From Thecamonas trahens ATCC 50062 (taxonomy: Eukaryota; Protista; Apusomonadida), in NCBI RefSeq assembly GCF_000142905.1, contig NW_013657649.1:1-64000 (forward strand): a stretch of DNA of 64,000 nt. Direction: 5' to 3'. Positions 43,852 to 55,113 of the stretch are shown piece after piece. Both the position numbers and the translations under genes were made by a program. The number at the start of each line of letters is the position of its first letter. The stretch's first letter is position 1. The notes beneath the pieces were generated by a model. That model was not told the origin of the DNA. It ran no database searches and saw only the letters and a program-made list of their open reading frames with translations.

Positions 43852-45428
43852 ATGTGGCCATTGCTGGTCATGGGGGTTGTGGTAGGGATGGCATGTCTGT
43901 CGGTGGTGGCTACCTGTGGCGCGGCTTGTGACGCCAATGACAGCCACAGCAACGCACTGCGGCCCATCGCCTCGGCCAACCCGCACTCAAGTGAGACAAG
44001 CCGGCCCAAGCCGAGACAGCCCATTCCAAGGAAGGTCTACTCGGATCGGAAAGGCGACAGGCCCGGTTCGTCGCGAGCCATTGCATCGCCGCCACCGATC
44101 TACATCGGAACGCTCGCGCTCAACACAACCGATGAGTGGAGCAGGGTCAAGGTGGAGCGAATTGACAACGATCATGTGATGATGATTGCAGGTGGAAATG
44201 TACTTGCGGTGCGGGAGGACGACCTGCTTGCGCACAAGATCTTCGCGCTCCCTCCCGGCGTCACCTCGCCTGTTGGCTACTACTTTGACACCGGGTACCT
44301 GATCCTTACGCCCGCGCCGAACAAGGTGGTGTACTACACCTGCGCTTTGCCGTTCTCGTACTCTGGCCAGATGTGCAGTTTGGTCCCGTATCGGACGCTT
44401 GCGCTTACCAACGTTTCCATCACCACTGATTGGGTGGACATGGCGTACGGCGAGTCGAACGAGACGTACGTGCGGTACGGATACCTGCTTGCCGCTGATG
44501 GGACAGTGGTTGAGATCAAGAACATCGACGAGCCGGACAATGCTGGAGTGACCAAGACCTTTACGCTCGCCAGTCTTGTACCGAGCGTTGTGGCCAAGTA
44601 CCCACACGTGCTGTCGGTGGTGGGCATGGCCGACTTTGACAACATAGCCCGCGAGTACGTCTGGTTCACCCTCACCGGCTCAGACCCGACGACCCATTTG
44701 CATCTCAGGCCGCCAGGCGTGGTGCTTGCCTTTGCCATCTCCACAGGCTCGATCGTCAGCACTGCGTTCTCGCTCCCGACCCCCATGGGTATTGTCCACT
44801 ACGCCGAGTCACTGGCGCTGACTCACTACGGCGGGGCGATCACCACCGAGCTCATTGCGTACGGCTCGTCGGCAGCATCGCAGAGCATTACCGCGTCGTG
44901 GGCAGCGTCTGGTCGGACAGCGTCGGCCTGCGCCATCAACGCTGGTACCTTTACCAACGACAACATGATATTTGTCGTCTCGGAGCACGGATCAGGCCTC
45001 GAGCTTGTCCACATCGACGCCAACACCGCGGGGTCAGCGACCCTGCCTATGGTGACGGACAGCCATCACTCACCGCGTGGTGCCAGTCACAGGTCTACGA
45101 CGCCAACTCGTCGGCGGCAGCCTACCTGCCAGCCACTCTCTCCGGTGGGCATCAAGTCGTTGAGGTCTACGCCACGCCAGTGATCAGTCTCCCTCATCCG
45201 CCGCTCCACACGCCGCCTGTGCGCTCTGGCTCGACCTCGCTCTGCACCGATCCAAACATGGGCACGACATGCCTCATGGCATGCGATCCACTCCCGGCTG
45301 TTGCTTGCGATCCTGTCGATCCCGGACCGGCCACAGTCGCTGGTCGCCCTGCTGCCTGCTTCCTCCTCCCGAATCATCCGGACGTGTGCAACTTTTGTCC
45401 GCCAGCCTGGGCGCAGTACTGTCCGTAG
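43852..45428 (+). CDS. Secreted beta-rich protein with a Cys-rich C-terminal tail (apparent 1-nt frameshift near 45063)
   Basis: Signal peptide MWPLLVMGVVVGMACLSVVATCGA and a beta-strand-rich body. After ~45060 the -1 frame continues SLTAWCQSQVYDANSS..CTDPNMGTTCLMACDP..CNFCPPAWAQYCP. Confidence 0.7.
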
Positions 45429-45441
45429 CTGCAGTCTGTCC

Positions 45442-45675
45442 GTCCCTGTCACTGCCCATCGCTGCCCATCGCTGCCCATCGCTGCCCATTGCTCCCTGTC
45501 GCTGCCCATCGCTGCCCATCGCAGCCCATCGCAGCCCATCGCTCCCTGCCGCTGCCCATCGCTCCCTGTCGCTGCCCATCGCTGCCCATCGCAGCCCATC
45601 GCAGCCCATCGCTGCCCATCGCTCCCCATCGCTCCCTGCCGCTGCCCATCGCTCCCTGTCGCAGCCCATCGCTGC
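45442..45675. repeat. 10-bp minisatellite (gctgcccatc and variants), about 23 copies
   Basis: Directly visible. Confidence 0.95.
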
Positions 45676-46026
45676 TTACCACAATATCTCACATCATCCT
45701 CACACCCTCTATCGACATACCCGCTTACGCTACGTTGCCTTTCTCCCTGCCCCTCCCACCAAACCCAATTCGTTGGCCAACAGCATGGCAGCCGAGCCAT
45801 CGAAGGGAATGGAAGGCGACCAATGGAAAGAAAGCAATGGAGCCCAAAACAGCGACGGATTTTCGGGATTGCGGCTGTAACGGCAGAATGGCAGCCACAG
45901 CACAGCAGCACGACTCAGATCAGAGCCAGAAGCAACACCAACCAGACACGGCGACAGACAGTGCCCACTGTACACCGCACTCATCCACAGTCACGTCTTT
46001 CACACTACATTCCACAACTGAGCAAT

Positions 46027-47397
46027 ATGGCTCGCCGTAAGAAGGACAAGCAGGGCAAACAAGGCAAGAACGTGGCCGACGAGTCGGCTGGTGGTGCCGG
46101 TCCGAGCGCCGGTGGCGGTGGCTCCCGTGGTGGCTCTCGGGGCAGGTATCGCGGCGGCTCGCGCGGAGGACGGAGGAACGGAGGTGGCGCTCCGACTGCA
46201 GCATCTTTTCCTACTGCAAGCTTTATTGGTGCCCTTGATGCGCCGGCCGATCGACCGTTTGTGGCTATTGATGGATCGCTGATGGAAGGCGGCGGGCAGA
46301 TTCTCCGCAACTCGTTTGCATGCGCCACCCTGCTGGGCAAGCCCATTCACGTCTCCTCCATCCGGGCAGGGCGATCGGTGCCTGGTCTTCGTGCGCAGCA
46401 TCTGGTCGGCATCAATCTAGTGGCAAAGATGTGCGGTGCAGAGCTGGCGGGCAACGGGCTCAAGTCTGTCGAGGTCAAGTTCCTGCCGCCGGCCGCCGGC
46501 GTGGGCCGCGTGGCCAGCGGCTCTTACGACGGCAACATCCCCTCGGCGGGATCGACGACTCTACTGGCGCAAGTCTCGCTCCCGGTCCTGCTCTTTGCAC
46601 CTGGGCCAACAACGCTGAACATGACCGGTGGGACCAACGCGTCGCACGCGCCGCAGATCGACTACACGCTCCAGGTCCTCTTTCCCACCCTCGCCCGCAT
46701 GGGCATCGACGATCTCGACCTCACCATCGCCCGTCGCGGCTTCTACCCCAAGGGCTGTGGCAAAGTTGTGCTCGAGGTCAGCCCCGTTGAGGCCATCCGT
46801 CCCATCGTGGCCCTCGACCGCGGCATCGTCACCTCGGTCGATGTCTTTGCCTTTACCGCCGGCCGCGTCCCGGCCTCGGTCGGCCCACGCATGGCCGACG
46901 CGGCGGGCAAGATGCTCGCCTGGTGGTTCGGCTCGGCAGGCGTCGGTGTGGCCGAGGGTGACGCGGACGTTGTACTCAACGTCGAGACGCCGCACATCGA
47001 TGAGCCGCTCGCCTTTGGCAACGGCACCGGCATCCTCCTCGTCGCCCACACCTCGACCGGCGAGCGGCTCGCCGGCTCGGCGCTGGGCGCCAAGGGCACT
47101 CCGGCTGAGGACGTCGGCCGCCAGGCCGCCCAGATGCTGATCACCCAGCTCGAGGCTGGCGGCTGCACCGACGAGTACCTCACCGACCAGCTCATCATCT
47201 ACATGGCACTGGCCGACGGCGAGTCACGCATCCGCTGCGGCCCGCTCTCGCTCCATACCCAGACCGCCATCCACTTTGTCTCACTCCTCACTGGCGCCAC
47301 TTTTGACGTTACTCCCGACACAGACCCGTCCATCGCCGGCCACTCGACCAACGTCATCACCTGCCAGGGCATCGGCTTCCGCGCCCCTCCTTTGTAA
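46027..47397 (+). CDS. RTCA: RNA 3'-terminal phosphate cyclase
   Basis: IDGSLMEGGGQILR, IRAGR..GLRAQHL, GGTN, RRGFYPKG, DEYLTDQLIIYMALA and the catalytic-His region SLHTQTAI. Basic RGG-rich N-terminal extension. Confidence 0.96.
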   Translation: MARRKKDKQGKQGKNVADESAGGAGPSAGGGGSRGGSRGRYRGGSRGGRRNGGGAPTAASFPTASFIGALDAPADRPFVAIDGSLMEGGGQILRNSFACATLLGKPIHVSSIRAGRSVPGLRAQHLVGINLVAKMCGAELAGNGLKSVEVKFLPPAAGVGRVASGSYDGNIPSAGSTTLLAQVSLPVLLFAPGPTTLNMTGGTNASHAPQIDYTLQVLFPTLARMGIDDLDLTIARRGFYPKGCGKVVLEVSPVEAIRPIVALDRGIVTSVDVFAFTAGRVPASVGPRMADAAGKMLAWWFGSAGVGVAEGDADVVLNVETPHIDEPLAFGNGTGILLVAHTSTGERLAGSALGAKGTPAEDVGRQAAQMLITQLEAGGCTDEYLTDQLIIYMALADGESRIRCGPLSLHTQTAIHFVSLLTGATFDVTPDTDPSIAGHSTNVITCQGIGFRAPPL

Positions 47398-47468
47398 ACG
47401 CGGCCTCTGTTGCTCATGTGCGGCACGTGGCGAGGGGAAATAGGTGTTAATGCGGCTGACTACTACGC

Positions 47469-50400
47469 CTACGCGACACTGCGGCGGCCGTAGAAGCGGG
47501 CGAGCATGCGGTCCGAGTAATCCTTGAGGACGCGGTAGAGGACGTCGCGGTTCGGCTCGGCGTCGACGTAGTCGTCGATGCCCTCGACAAGTGTCTTGAG
47601 GAAGATGAGCGAGGTGTTGAGCGCATTCCACACGTTGGAGAGGGTGAGGCCGGACTTTTCGACAATGTCGTGCTTGGAGAGGCCGGTGAGGAAGTCGAGG
47701 AGGTACGAGTTGAGGTGCACGCCCTCGACGTCGAGCGTGGGCAGGGCGCCAGCGTCGAGCTCGATGCCAGCACGGAGCGACGAGGCGAGCTCGTCGGCGT
47801 TGAGGAACGAGTCGCCGAGGCCCGAGAGGGCGACAAACGGCGAACGCGCCTTGGTGGCCTCCACCGAGTCGGAGAGGGCGAGCGCGGCGTACGCGTCCTC
47901 GGCGCCTGGCGCGCCGACCGGGAACTCAAACTGCGAGACCGGGAGTGGCTCCGGGTCGTCGACGGCCTTGTTGCTAAGCTTGCGAACCAGCTCGGCAGCC
48001 TTGAGCGCGTACTGCGTGTACACCTCGAGCGTCGTCGAGTTGTAGTCGGCAATGGCCGGGAGCAGGGCCTCGTCGATCGGCGGGAGAACCGGCGACGCCG
48101 CAGGATCCTTGGACTTGAGCGTGCACGGGTGGACCGGGACGCGCCCCACGATGTAGCACACAAGGAGCATGAGGATGGAGACGTCGGCCTCGGCGTCCTC
48201 GGCCTCGTGCGCCTCGGCAACCTCGGCCTGCTGCAGCTCGTACGCCGCCAGGCGGTGGAGCATGCCGGTCTGCAGGAGGTGGATGAGCGCGAGCGACGAC
48301 GGGCCCTCCGAGTGCAGCGCCATGGCCATCTGTGAGAGGCCCGACGGCGCACCCTCCACGTTGACAAGCAGCCGCTGGGCGAGGAGCTCGACCGCAAACC
48401 GGAAGTGGAGCCGCATCTGCGCCCCAATGTGCGACTTGGTCGACGAGAGCGCGTACAGCGGGTGGTCCATCAGCGTCGCCGCCGCGTTGATGACCGAGTT
48501 TGACTCGATCGTCGCGTCGTCCGAAACCTTGCCCTTGGAGAGGAGCCGGAGCACAAGCGTATCCGAGAGCGGGTAGTGCCCGCGGAGGTGCGGCGTCTCG
48601 GCCGAGAGCAGCCGGTTGACCTTGGACAGCGCCACTCCGTAGAAGACAACGTGCCCAATGTGGTCGAATCCACGACGCCCGGCGCGACCCGCCATCTGGC
48701 GGTACTGCAGCGAGTCGAGGTAGATCGAGTCACCGGCAAAAACTACGGTCTTACACGGCATGTGAATGCCGAGCGCCAGCGTCTCGGTCGCAACCACTAG
48801 CTTGAGGTAGTGCGCCCGGAAGAGGCGCTCCACAGCCTCGCGGTACTTGCGCGGGAGACCGGCGTGGTGGACGCCGACACCGCGGAGGAGGCCCTCCTTG
48901 AGGATGTCGTCGATGGCCGGATCGTTGGAGATCTGCAGACCGCGGAGAATGGCATTGATGTCGTCGGTGTCGACTGACGAGCCGACCGCCACAAGCGTAA
49001 ACGCCTCGGTGTCGATCACGTCCTCATCGACCTGGTTCTCGGCGCCGACAAGGTCGTCCATCATGGCCTCCTCCTCAGCGTTCTTCGACGTCTTCTTGTC
49101 GCGGTTCCGCTTCGCCATCTTGGCTGCCTTTTTGTTCGCCCGCGCCGCGCGCTTGGCCGATCGTTGTGCCGACGACGCCTGGCGTGCCGCAGCCTCGGAC
49201 TCCATGAGTGTCGAAATGACCGTGGCAGCCAGAGAGACGCACATCTCCTGCGAAAAGTTGAACGCAATCGCCGGCAGCCGCTTCGTCGCCGCCAGGGCGG
49301 TCACCACCTCCACAAAGTGCTCCTTGAGGAAATCGTCAGAGTCCATCTTGACGCCGGCCGTCAGCGCCTCGTCCACACGCGCGTTGACCGTGTTGTTGAG
49401 CGGCCGCGAGAACGCCGCGAGGACCTTGCCCACCGACGACTCGCTGCCCTCGCGCATCCACGCCTCCAGCCGCGCCTTGACGTCCAGCTCCCAGCCACGC
49501 GCCTCGTCACGCGTCACCGCCGCCGCAATGGGGAACACGCTCTCGGGCACCAGCGCATCAGTCAGCTCGGTGTCGTCCAGCCCGTCCTCGGCCGAGACCT
49601 CCACCATGCGGTCGTAGAGCGCAAGCGTGTCCGGGGGCTCAAAGGCCAGGTTGCCGGGCACACCCTCGTCACCGGAGAGCTTGGTCGTCGTCAGCGTGGC
49701 GCACGGGTGGACCGGCACAAACGCCTCGGTGTTGATGTCCTCCAGCGGCGGGTGGACCGTGTCGATGACCGACCACGACCACGACGTGATCTCGTCCTCA
49801 GCCGTCACCACCGTCCGGTCCTCGTCGGTCGACGGCGAGGGGAGGAAGACCGTCTTCTTGAGATCGGCCCATCGGTGCGGGTGCTTGACCAGCGTCACAC
49901 CGTAGCCACGCGAGAGCCGGTCCTCAGGCTTGACCCCGGACGCAATCTCCTTCTTGGTCAGCTTGATCATCGCAAGCTCCTGCTCGCGCTTCGCGTTCTG
50001 AATGTCGCGGAGCCACTGGCAGAACTCGTCCGGGTTACCGATTGTCGCCGAGAGCGCAAGGAACGGCGACGAAATGAGGAGCAGGAGCCGCTCCCACACC
50101 TTACCGGCAGACTTGTTGATCGAATGAACCTCGTCAAAGATGCAGTACTTGATCCGCGTCGTCCACTCGCGGACCTTGGGCGCCGACGAAAGAAGGAGCT
50201 GCTCGAGCATCTCGGGCACCGTGATGAGCACCTGGCACCGGAGCGGCTTGTACGCGTACTTTCGGTGATGACGCCGTAGACAGACATGCCGGCAGAGGTC
50301 TGCGGGTAGTCCTTGTTGCCAAACCGCGCGTACACGTCCGCCGCAACCTGGTTGACCAGCGCCTTGGTCGGCGCAATGTAGATGGCCACTCCCGAGTGCG

Positions 50401-53400
50401 ACGTAGTGAGAACAGACTCCATGCAGTAGAACGAGACATACGTCTTGCCCGACGACGTCGGTGCAGACACCAGCGCAGAGTCATTGCGGTCGACCGCGTC
50501 GAGGAGCTTGACCTGCCACTCGTCGGGCACAAAGCCCTTGGCCCGCGGGTCGGCCTTGAGCCCGCGCGGCCGCTCCATGAGGTGACCCTGGTACACGAGC
50601 TGGAACCGCGCCGACGAGAGGCCGACCGAGGTCAGCTCAAAGTTGGCGTTGTCCTCGGCGTTGATCTCCAGGAACTCCTCCACCGATCCAAAGCCACGGG
50701 CACCATCCTCGAGCACGTTGATGACCGACTCGTCCGACTCGGTCCGCTCCGCCGGATCGTCCGAGAAGCCCAGGATCTCCAGCAGGCTCGGGAGCTTGCC
50801 CGCGACCCGCGTCTCGACCGCAGCGGCCACCTCACCGAGGCCGATGAAGCGGAGCGCAAAGACAAGCCCAGTCACGTCGTGCTCGTCGAGCACGTTGTGT
50901 GCCCGCGGGTAGTCTGCCGACGACGGACCGTACGTGTTGAGAATGTCAAAGACAAGGCGGAAGATGGTGACCGCCGTCGCCACCTCGGCGGCGTCGGGGA
51001 ACGTCTTCCGGTCGGCCAGCGAGACCTCGCCCAGCTCCGACGCAGCCTTGCGCTCCTCGCGCCAAAGCTTGCAGTACCGCGCCAGCGTGTAGAGCGAGGC
51101 CTTGGACTTGAGGACGTGGACCTCGGTCTTGCGGTCGACGGCCACGTGGTCGAGGAACTTGCGCTGAACAAGCTCGTTGATGGCAAACGCGTGGTCCGCC
51201 GTCGCCTGCGCCTGCTTGTGGAGGGTGACCCACTGGGTGAGCGTGTGCTGCAGCCGCTCGCGGTTCCGCTTCAGCTCGTTCTCGTACTTCATGCGGTCGG
51301 TCTTAGACAAGGCCTTGATCTGCTTGGCGGTAAGCCGGCGCGACGCGCCGGTCGCCTCGGGGTTCTGGCTGCTCTTCTTGCCCTTGGAGCTGCCCTTCTT
51401 GCTGTGGTGCCGGGCCTTGGGCGCCGAGCTCGACGAGCTCGCCCCGTCGTTCGACTTCATGATGATCGGGTTGGCGTGCATCTTGAGCGAGCCCGTAAGC
51501 GACTCGGCGTACTTGTGGAGGAACGAGGTGTACTTTTGGTCGCCGCGGAGCGCAGAGTCCCGGTTGGCGTGCTTCCGCGCGAGCTTGACAGACTCGCCCT
51601 TGACGTGCCAGAGGAACTTGGACTGCCGGCGGTAGACCCGGATGTCCTCCTCCACCTCCTTGCGCAGCGCGTCGGTGGCGTCGTCGACCGTAAACTCGGT
51701 CGAACCCTCCGGCGGCTCGGGCCAAGTCTTGATGTCCTTGTCGTAGATCCGCCGGACAAGAGTCTTGAGGTACTGCGTCCGCTTCCGCTTCTCAAACGTC
51801 AGCAGCGCCTTGTACCCCGCGTTAAGCCACGAGATGTTCTCCTTGTCCATCGGCTCCGGGTCAGCAATGACCTCGTCCTCAAGGTATGTCTCCACCAGCC
51901 GCGTCGCTGGGTTCCACCGCGTCCGGTCAAAGAACGTCGCTCCAGGCATGCCCGAGAGCTCAGTCAGCGCGTCGCGCGGGTGCAGGTAAGACAGGTCCAC
52001 GCCCTTGTAGTCGGTGATGGCGTCGAGGAGCTCGTTGTGGACCGGATAGAGGAGCTCGGCCCGCGGCGCCTCGGGCGCGTTGGCGTACGCGTCGTCAGTC
52101 TCCGACGACCCGTCCGACTCGTCGGCCTCATCCTTGCCAGCCGCGTCCGACGCACCGCCCTTGCCCGACGACTGGGCAGGCCCGTCGGAACCGTCGTCCG
52201 ACGACGTGAGGTCGTCGTCCCACGCACCGCCCGACGACGACTCGTCGTCGGACCCGTCGCCGTCGGCCTCCACCGCCACCGCGCCGGTACCGCCGACGGT
52301 CGACGACGACTCGCCAGCAGGCGTCGCCGCAGCCTCGGCCGCAGCCTGCGCCTCGGCAGCCTGCGCCGCGAGGTAGTCGGCCCGCGACGGTGCGACCTTG
52401 GCCTTGGGGCCGTTCGCCAGCGCCTCGGCCTCGGCCGCAGCCTTGGCACGCACCCGCCGGGTGTGGGCTGAGACCTGGTGCGGGACGGTCGGCGTCGTGC
52501 CGACCGCAAGCAGCGGCGCGGCAGCAAGACCAGCCGCGCCCGCCAGCGCCGCGTAGTCGTTCACAACCTCGGCCGGAACGCCCCAGTCGTCGATGGCGCC
52601 TGTCGCCAGCGACGGCTTCTGCGTGCACACGTTGAGCAGCAGGGCGCAGAGCCGAAAGTCGGCCAGGTCGACCAGCTCGCGCGCACGCGCACCGTCGGCT
52701 CCGATCACGCCCGCAAGGCCCTCACGGAGCCCGCCCTTGACCGCCAGCGGGAAGCCAAAGACCGCAACGGACCGCTCGGCAACAGCAGAGACAAACGGAA
52801 GGAGACCGGCGTAGTGCGCGGCAGAAACAGGCGCGTCGAGCGCCTGGCCGCGGAACTTGAGCGGGAGGCCGTGGTGGACAAAGGCGAGCGAGAGGAGGAA
52901 AATGCGCGCGAGATCTTCGACCACCGCCGCAAGCTCGGCCGGAAGCTGAGCCTTGGCCGCCACAATCGACTTGACAGCCGCCACGCCCGTCGCGTAGCTA
53001 ACCGACGCGCCGGCCACACCGTCAGCACCCACCGCAGCTGCGGCTGCCTCGGGAACCGACGCCAGCGCAGCGTCAGCCTCGGCAAGCGCCGCCTGCGCCG
53101 CAGCCGTCTTCTCCACAAGCACCGCGTCCATGATCGGGAGAATCGGCTTCATCGAGAAGAACTCGGACTCGGCGCGGACAACAAAGCCCGAAATGGTGTT
53201 GTTCCGCTCAGAGAGGCCTGCGGCAAAGACGCAGTGGAACCGCTTGAGCAGAGCCTTGAGCACAAAGGCGTGGAGAACACGCGCGGCCTCCGGGTTGGGG
53301 AACGCACCCTTGTCCTCCTCCTCGTCGCCGGCGTCGGCGTCGGCAAAGGTGGTCGAGAGGAACTTGGTCGTACCCTCATGGACCACGATAAACGCGGGCT

Positions 53401-53821
53401 CCTTGTCGATGAGGTACTCATCCCACTCGGGACCAAACCACGAGTCGAGCACATCGATGTTGACATCGGTGTTGAGCCGGAGGTGGAGGACGACAAGCGA
53501 GCGGACGAGACGCATGAGCGGCGAGGCCGACCAGAGGAGCGACTCGTGAGCGACAAACATGACGACACGGAAGAAGACGCCCTTGGTGCGAAGCGAGGCA
53601 AGGAAGCGCTCAACAGCAAAGACAACATGAAGAATGGAACCTCCGTTGGTCCAATCCACATGAGCCGAATCAAGCGCAGTCAGGAGGAGCGAGTCAAGCT
53701 CGAGCAGGGCAAGCTCAGAGGCACCCACATCCGACAAGAGGTTGAGGAACCTGGGCTTCAGCCCAGAGTAAAAGTCAGAAACCTTGGCTTCATAGTTTTC
53801 ACGGGTATACTCTGCAGTCAT
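47469..53821 (-). CDS. DDX60: DDX60-like Ski2-family DExH RNA helicase (apparent 1-nt frameshift near 50261)
   Basis: N-terminal LHVVFAVERFL..L..KG. SARFQL..GHLMER..DPR..FVPDEWQVKLLD..SALVSAPTSSGKT, IFDEVH, FLALSATIGNP, RGVGVHHAGL, ATETLALGIHMPCKTVVFAGDS and YRQMAGRAGRRGFD. Confidence 0.92.
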
Positions 53822-54750
53822 GTACCTGTGGGGGTGGGGGGGGTGGGGTAGATAAGGGTGGGTTGATGGGGAGGGGGGGAAGTGGGGGGAAGGGGGGGTA
53901 GTGGGGGGGATATGCGGAGGGGGCGCGGTGGGGGGGGGGTGCGGCNNNNNNNNNNNNNNNNNNNNNNNNNNNNNNNNNNNNNNNNNNNNNNNNNNNNNNN
54001 NNNNNNNNNNNNNNNNNNNNNNNNNNNNNNNNNNNNNNNNNNNNNNNNNNNNNNNNNNNNNNNNNNNNNNNNNNNNNNNNNNNNNNNNNNNNNNNNNNNN
54101 NNNNNNNNNNNNNNNNNNNNNNNNNNNNNNNNNNNNNNNNNNNNNNNNNNNNNNNNNNNNNNNNNNNNNNNNNNNNNNNNNNNNNNNNNNNNNNNNNNNN
54201 NNNNNNNNNNNNNNNNNNNNNNNNNNNNNNNNNNNNNNNNNNNNNNNNNNNNNNNNNNNNNNNNNNNNNNNNNNNNNNNNNNNNNNNNNNNNNNNNNNNN
54301 NNNNNNNNNNNNNNNNNNNNNNNNNNNNNNNNNNNNNNNNNNNNNNNNNNNNNNNNNNNNNNNNNNNNNNNNNNNNNNNNNNNNNNNNNNNNNNNNNNNN
54401 NNNNNNNNNNNNNNNNNNNNNNNNNNNNNNNNNNNNNNNNNNNNNNNNNNNNNNNNNNNNNNNNNNNNNNNNNNGGCGCCAGTGGGTGATGGGGAGGAGG
54501 AGGAGGAGGAGGGGAGGATCAGAGGAGGACAATGATAGTCGTCATGCTCACGTGGAAATGAACTGGTCAGCGTACTGAATAAATGAATGGAGAGGGGTGG
54601 CAAACGACAAAGAGTGAACGAAGGTTATTCATTGATGGCGAGTCGATTGTTTGATTGAGCGGGATAGGGGGGGGGGGGGGGGTGGAGGGGGGATGATCAT
54701 TGCTGCTGATGCGGGCTTGAACATTGTGATTGAAGGGAGGGGGACAGCCT

Positions 54751-54830
54751 GGCCGTGATGAGCATGGTGATCAGGCCTCAGGCCGTGATGAGCATGGTGA
54801 TCAGGCTGTGATGGGCATGGTGATCAAGCT
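54751..54830. repeat. Three copies of a ~23-30 bp unit (gtgatgagcatggtgatcagg)
   Basis: Directly visible in the DDX60/GPKOW divergent intergenic region. Confidence 0.85.
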
Positions 54831-55113
54831 GAGCTCGATTGAGTCGGCCTCAGCGGCTGCTTGGCACAGGCATCGATACGCATGAAATCCATTCACTACT
54901 TTGACGCGATATCCTTACCGGACCTGATCTTGATTGCGGCTCTCTGATCTCAAACCAAACGCGCTTGTGCGACTCGGAGCAGCCGAGGCAGGCAGCGGCA
55001 GGTTGGGATCCATTCGGACCGAGGCGGGAGGGAGGAGGGTGCGACGGCAGAGGCTCGAATGCGAGGCAGACGACCGACAGCCAACATTCATCGCAGTTTA
55101 CGTAGAGGTGTAC

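Noticed and set aside
45301-46026. Long N-terminal extension of RTCA
   Set aside because: It is read-through of a stop-free 10-bp minisatellite; the plausible start is 46027.
50396-52471. Long antisense or alternative-frame ORFs (also 58477-60213, 29969-31891, 29281-30582 and others)
   Set aside because: These are shadow ORFs expected from high GC3 codon bias over well-supported genes.
54751-54835. C/D-box snoRNA (GTGATGA..CTGA)
   Set aside because: The boxes arise from a short tandem repeat, and there is no convincing terminal stem or rRNA guide.
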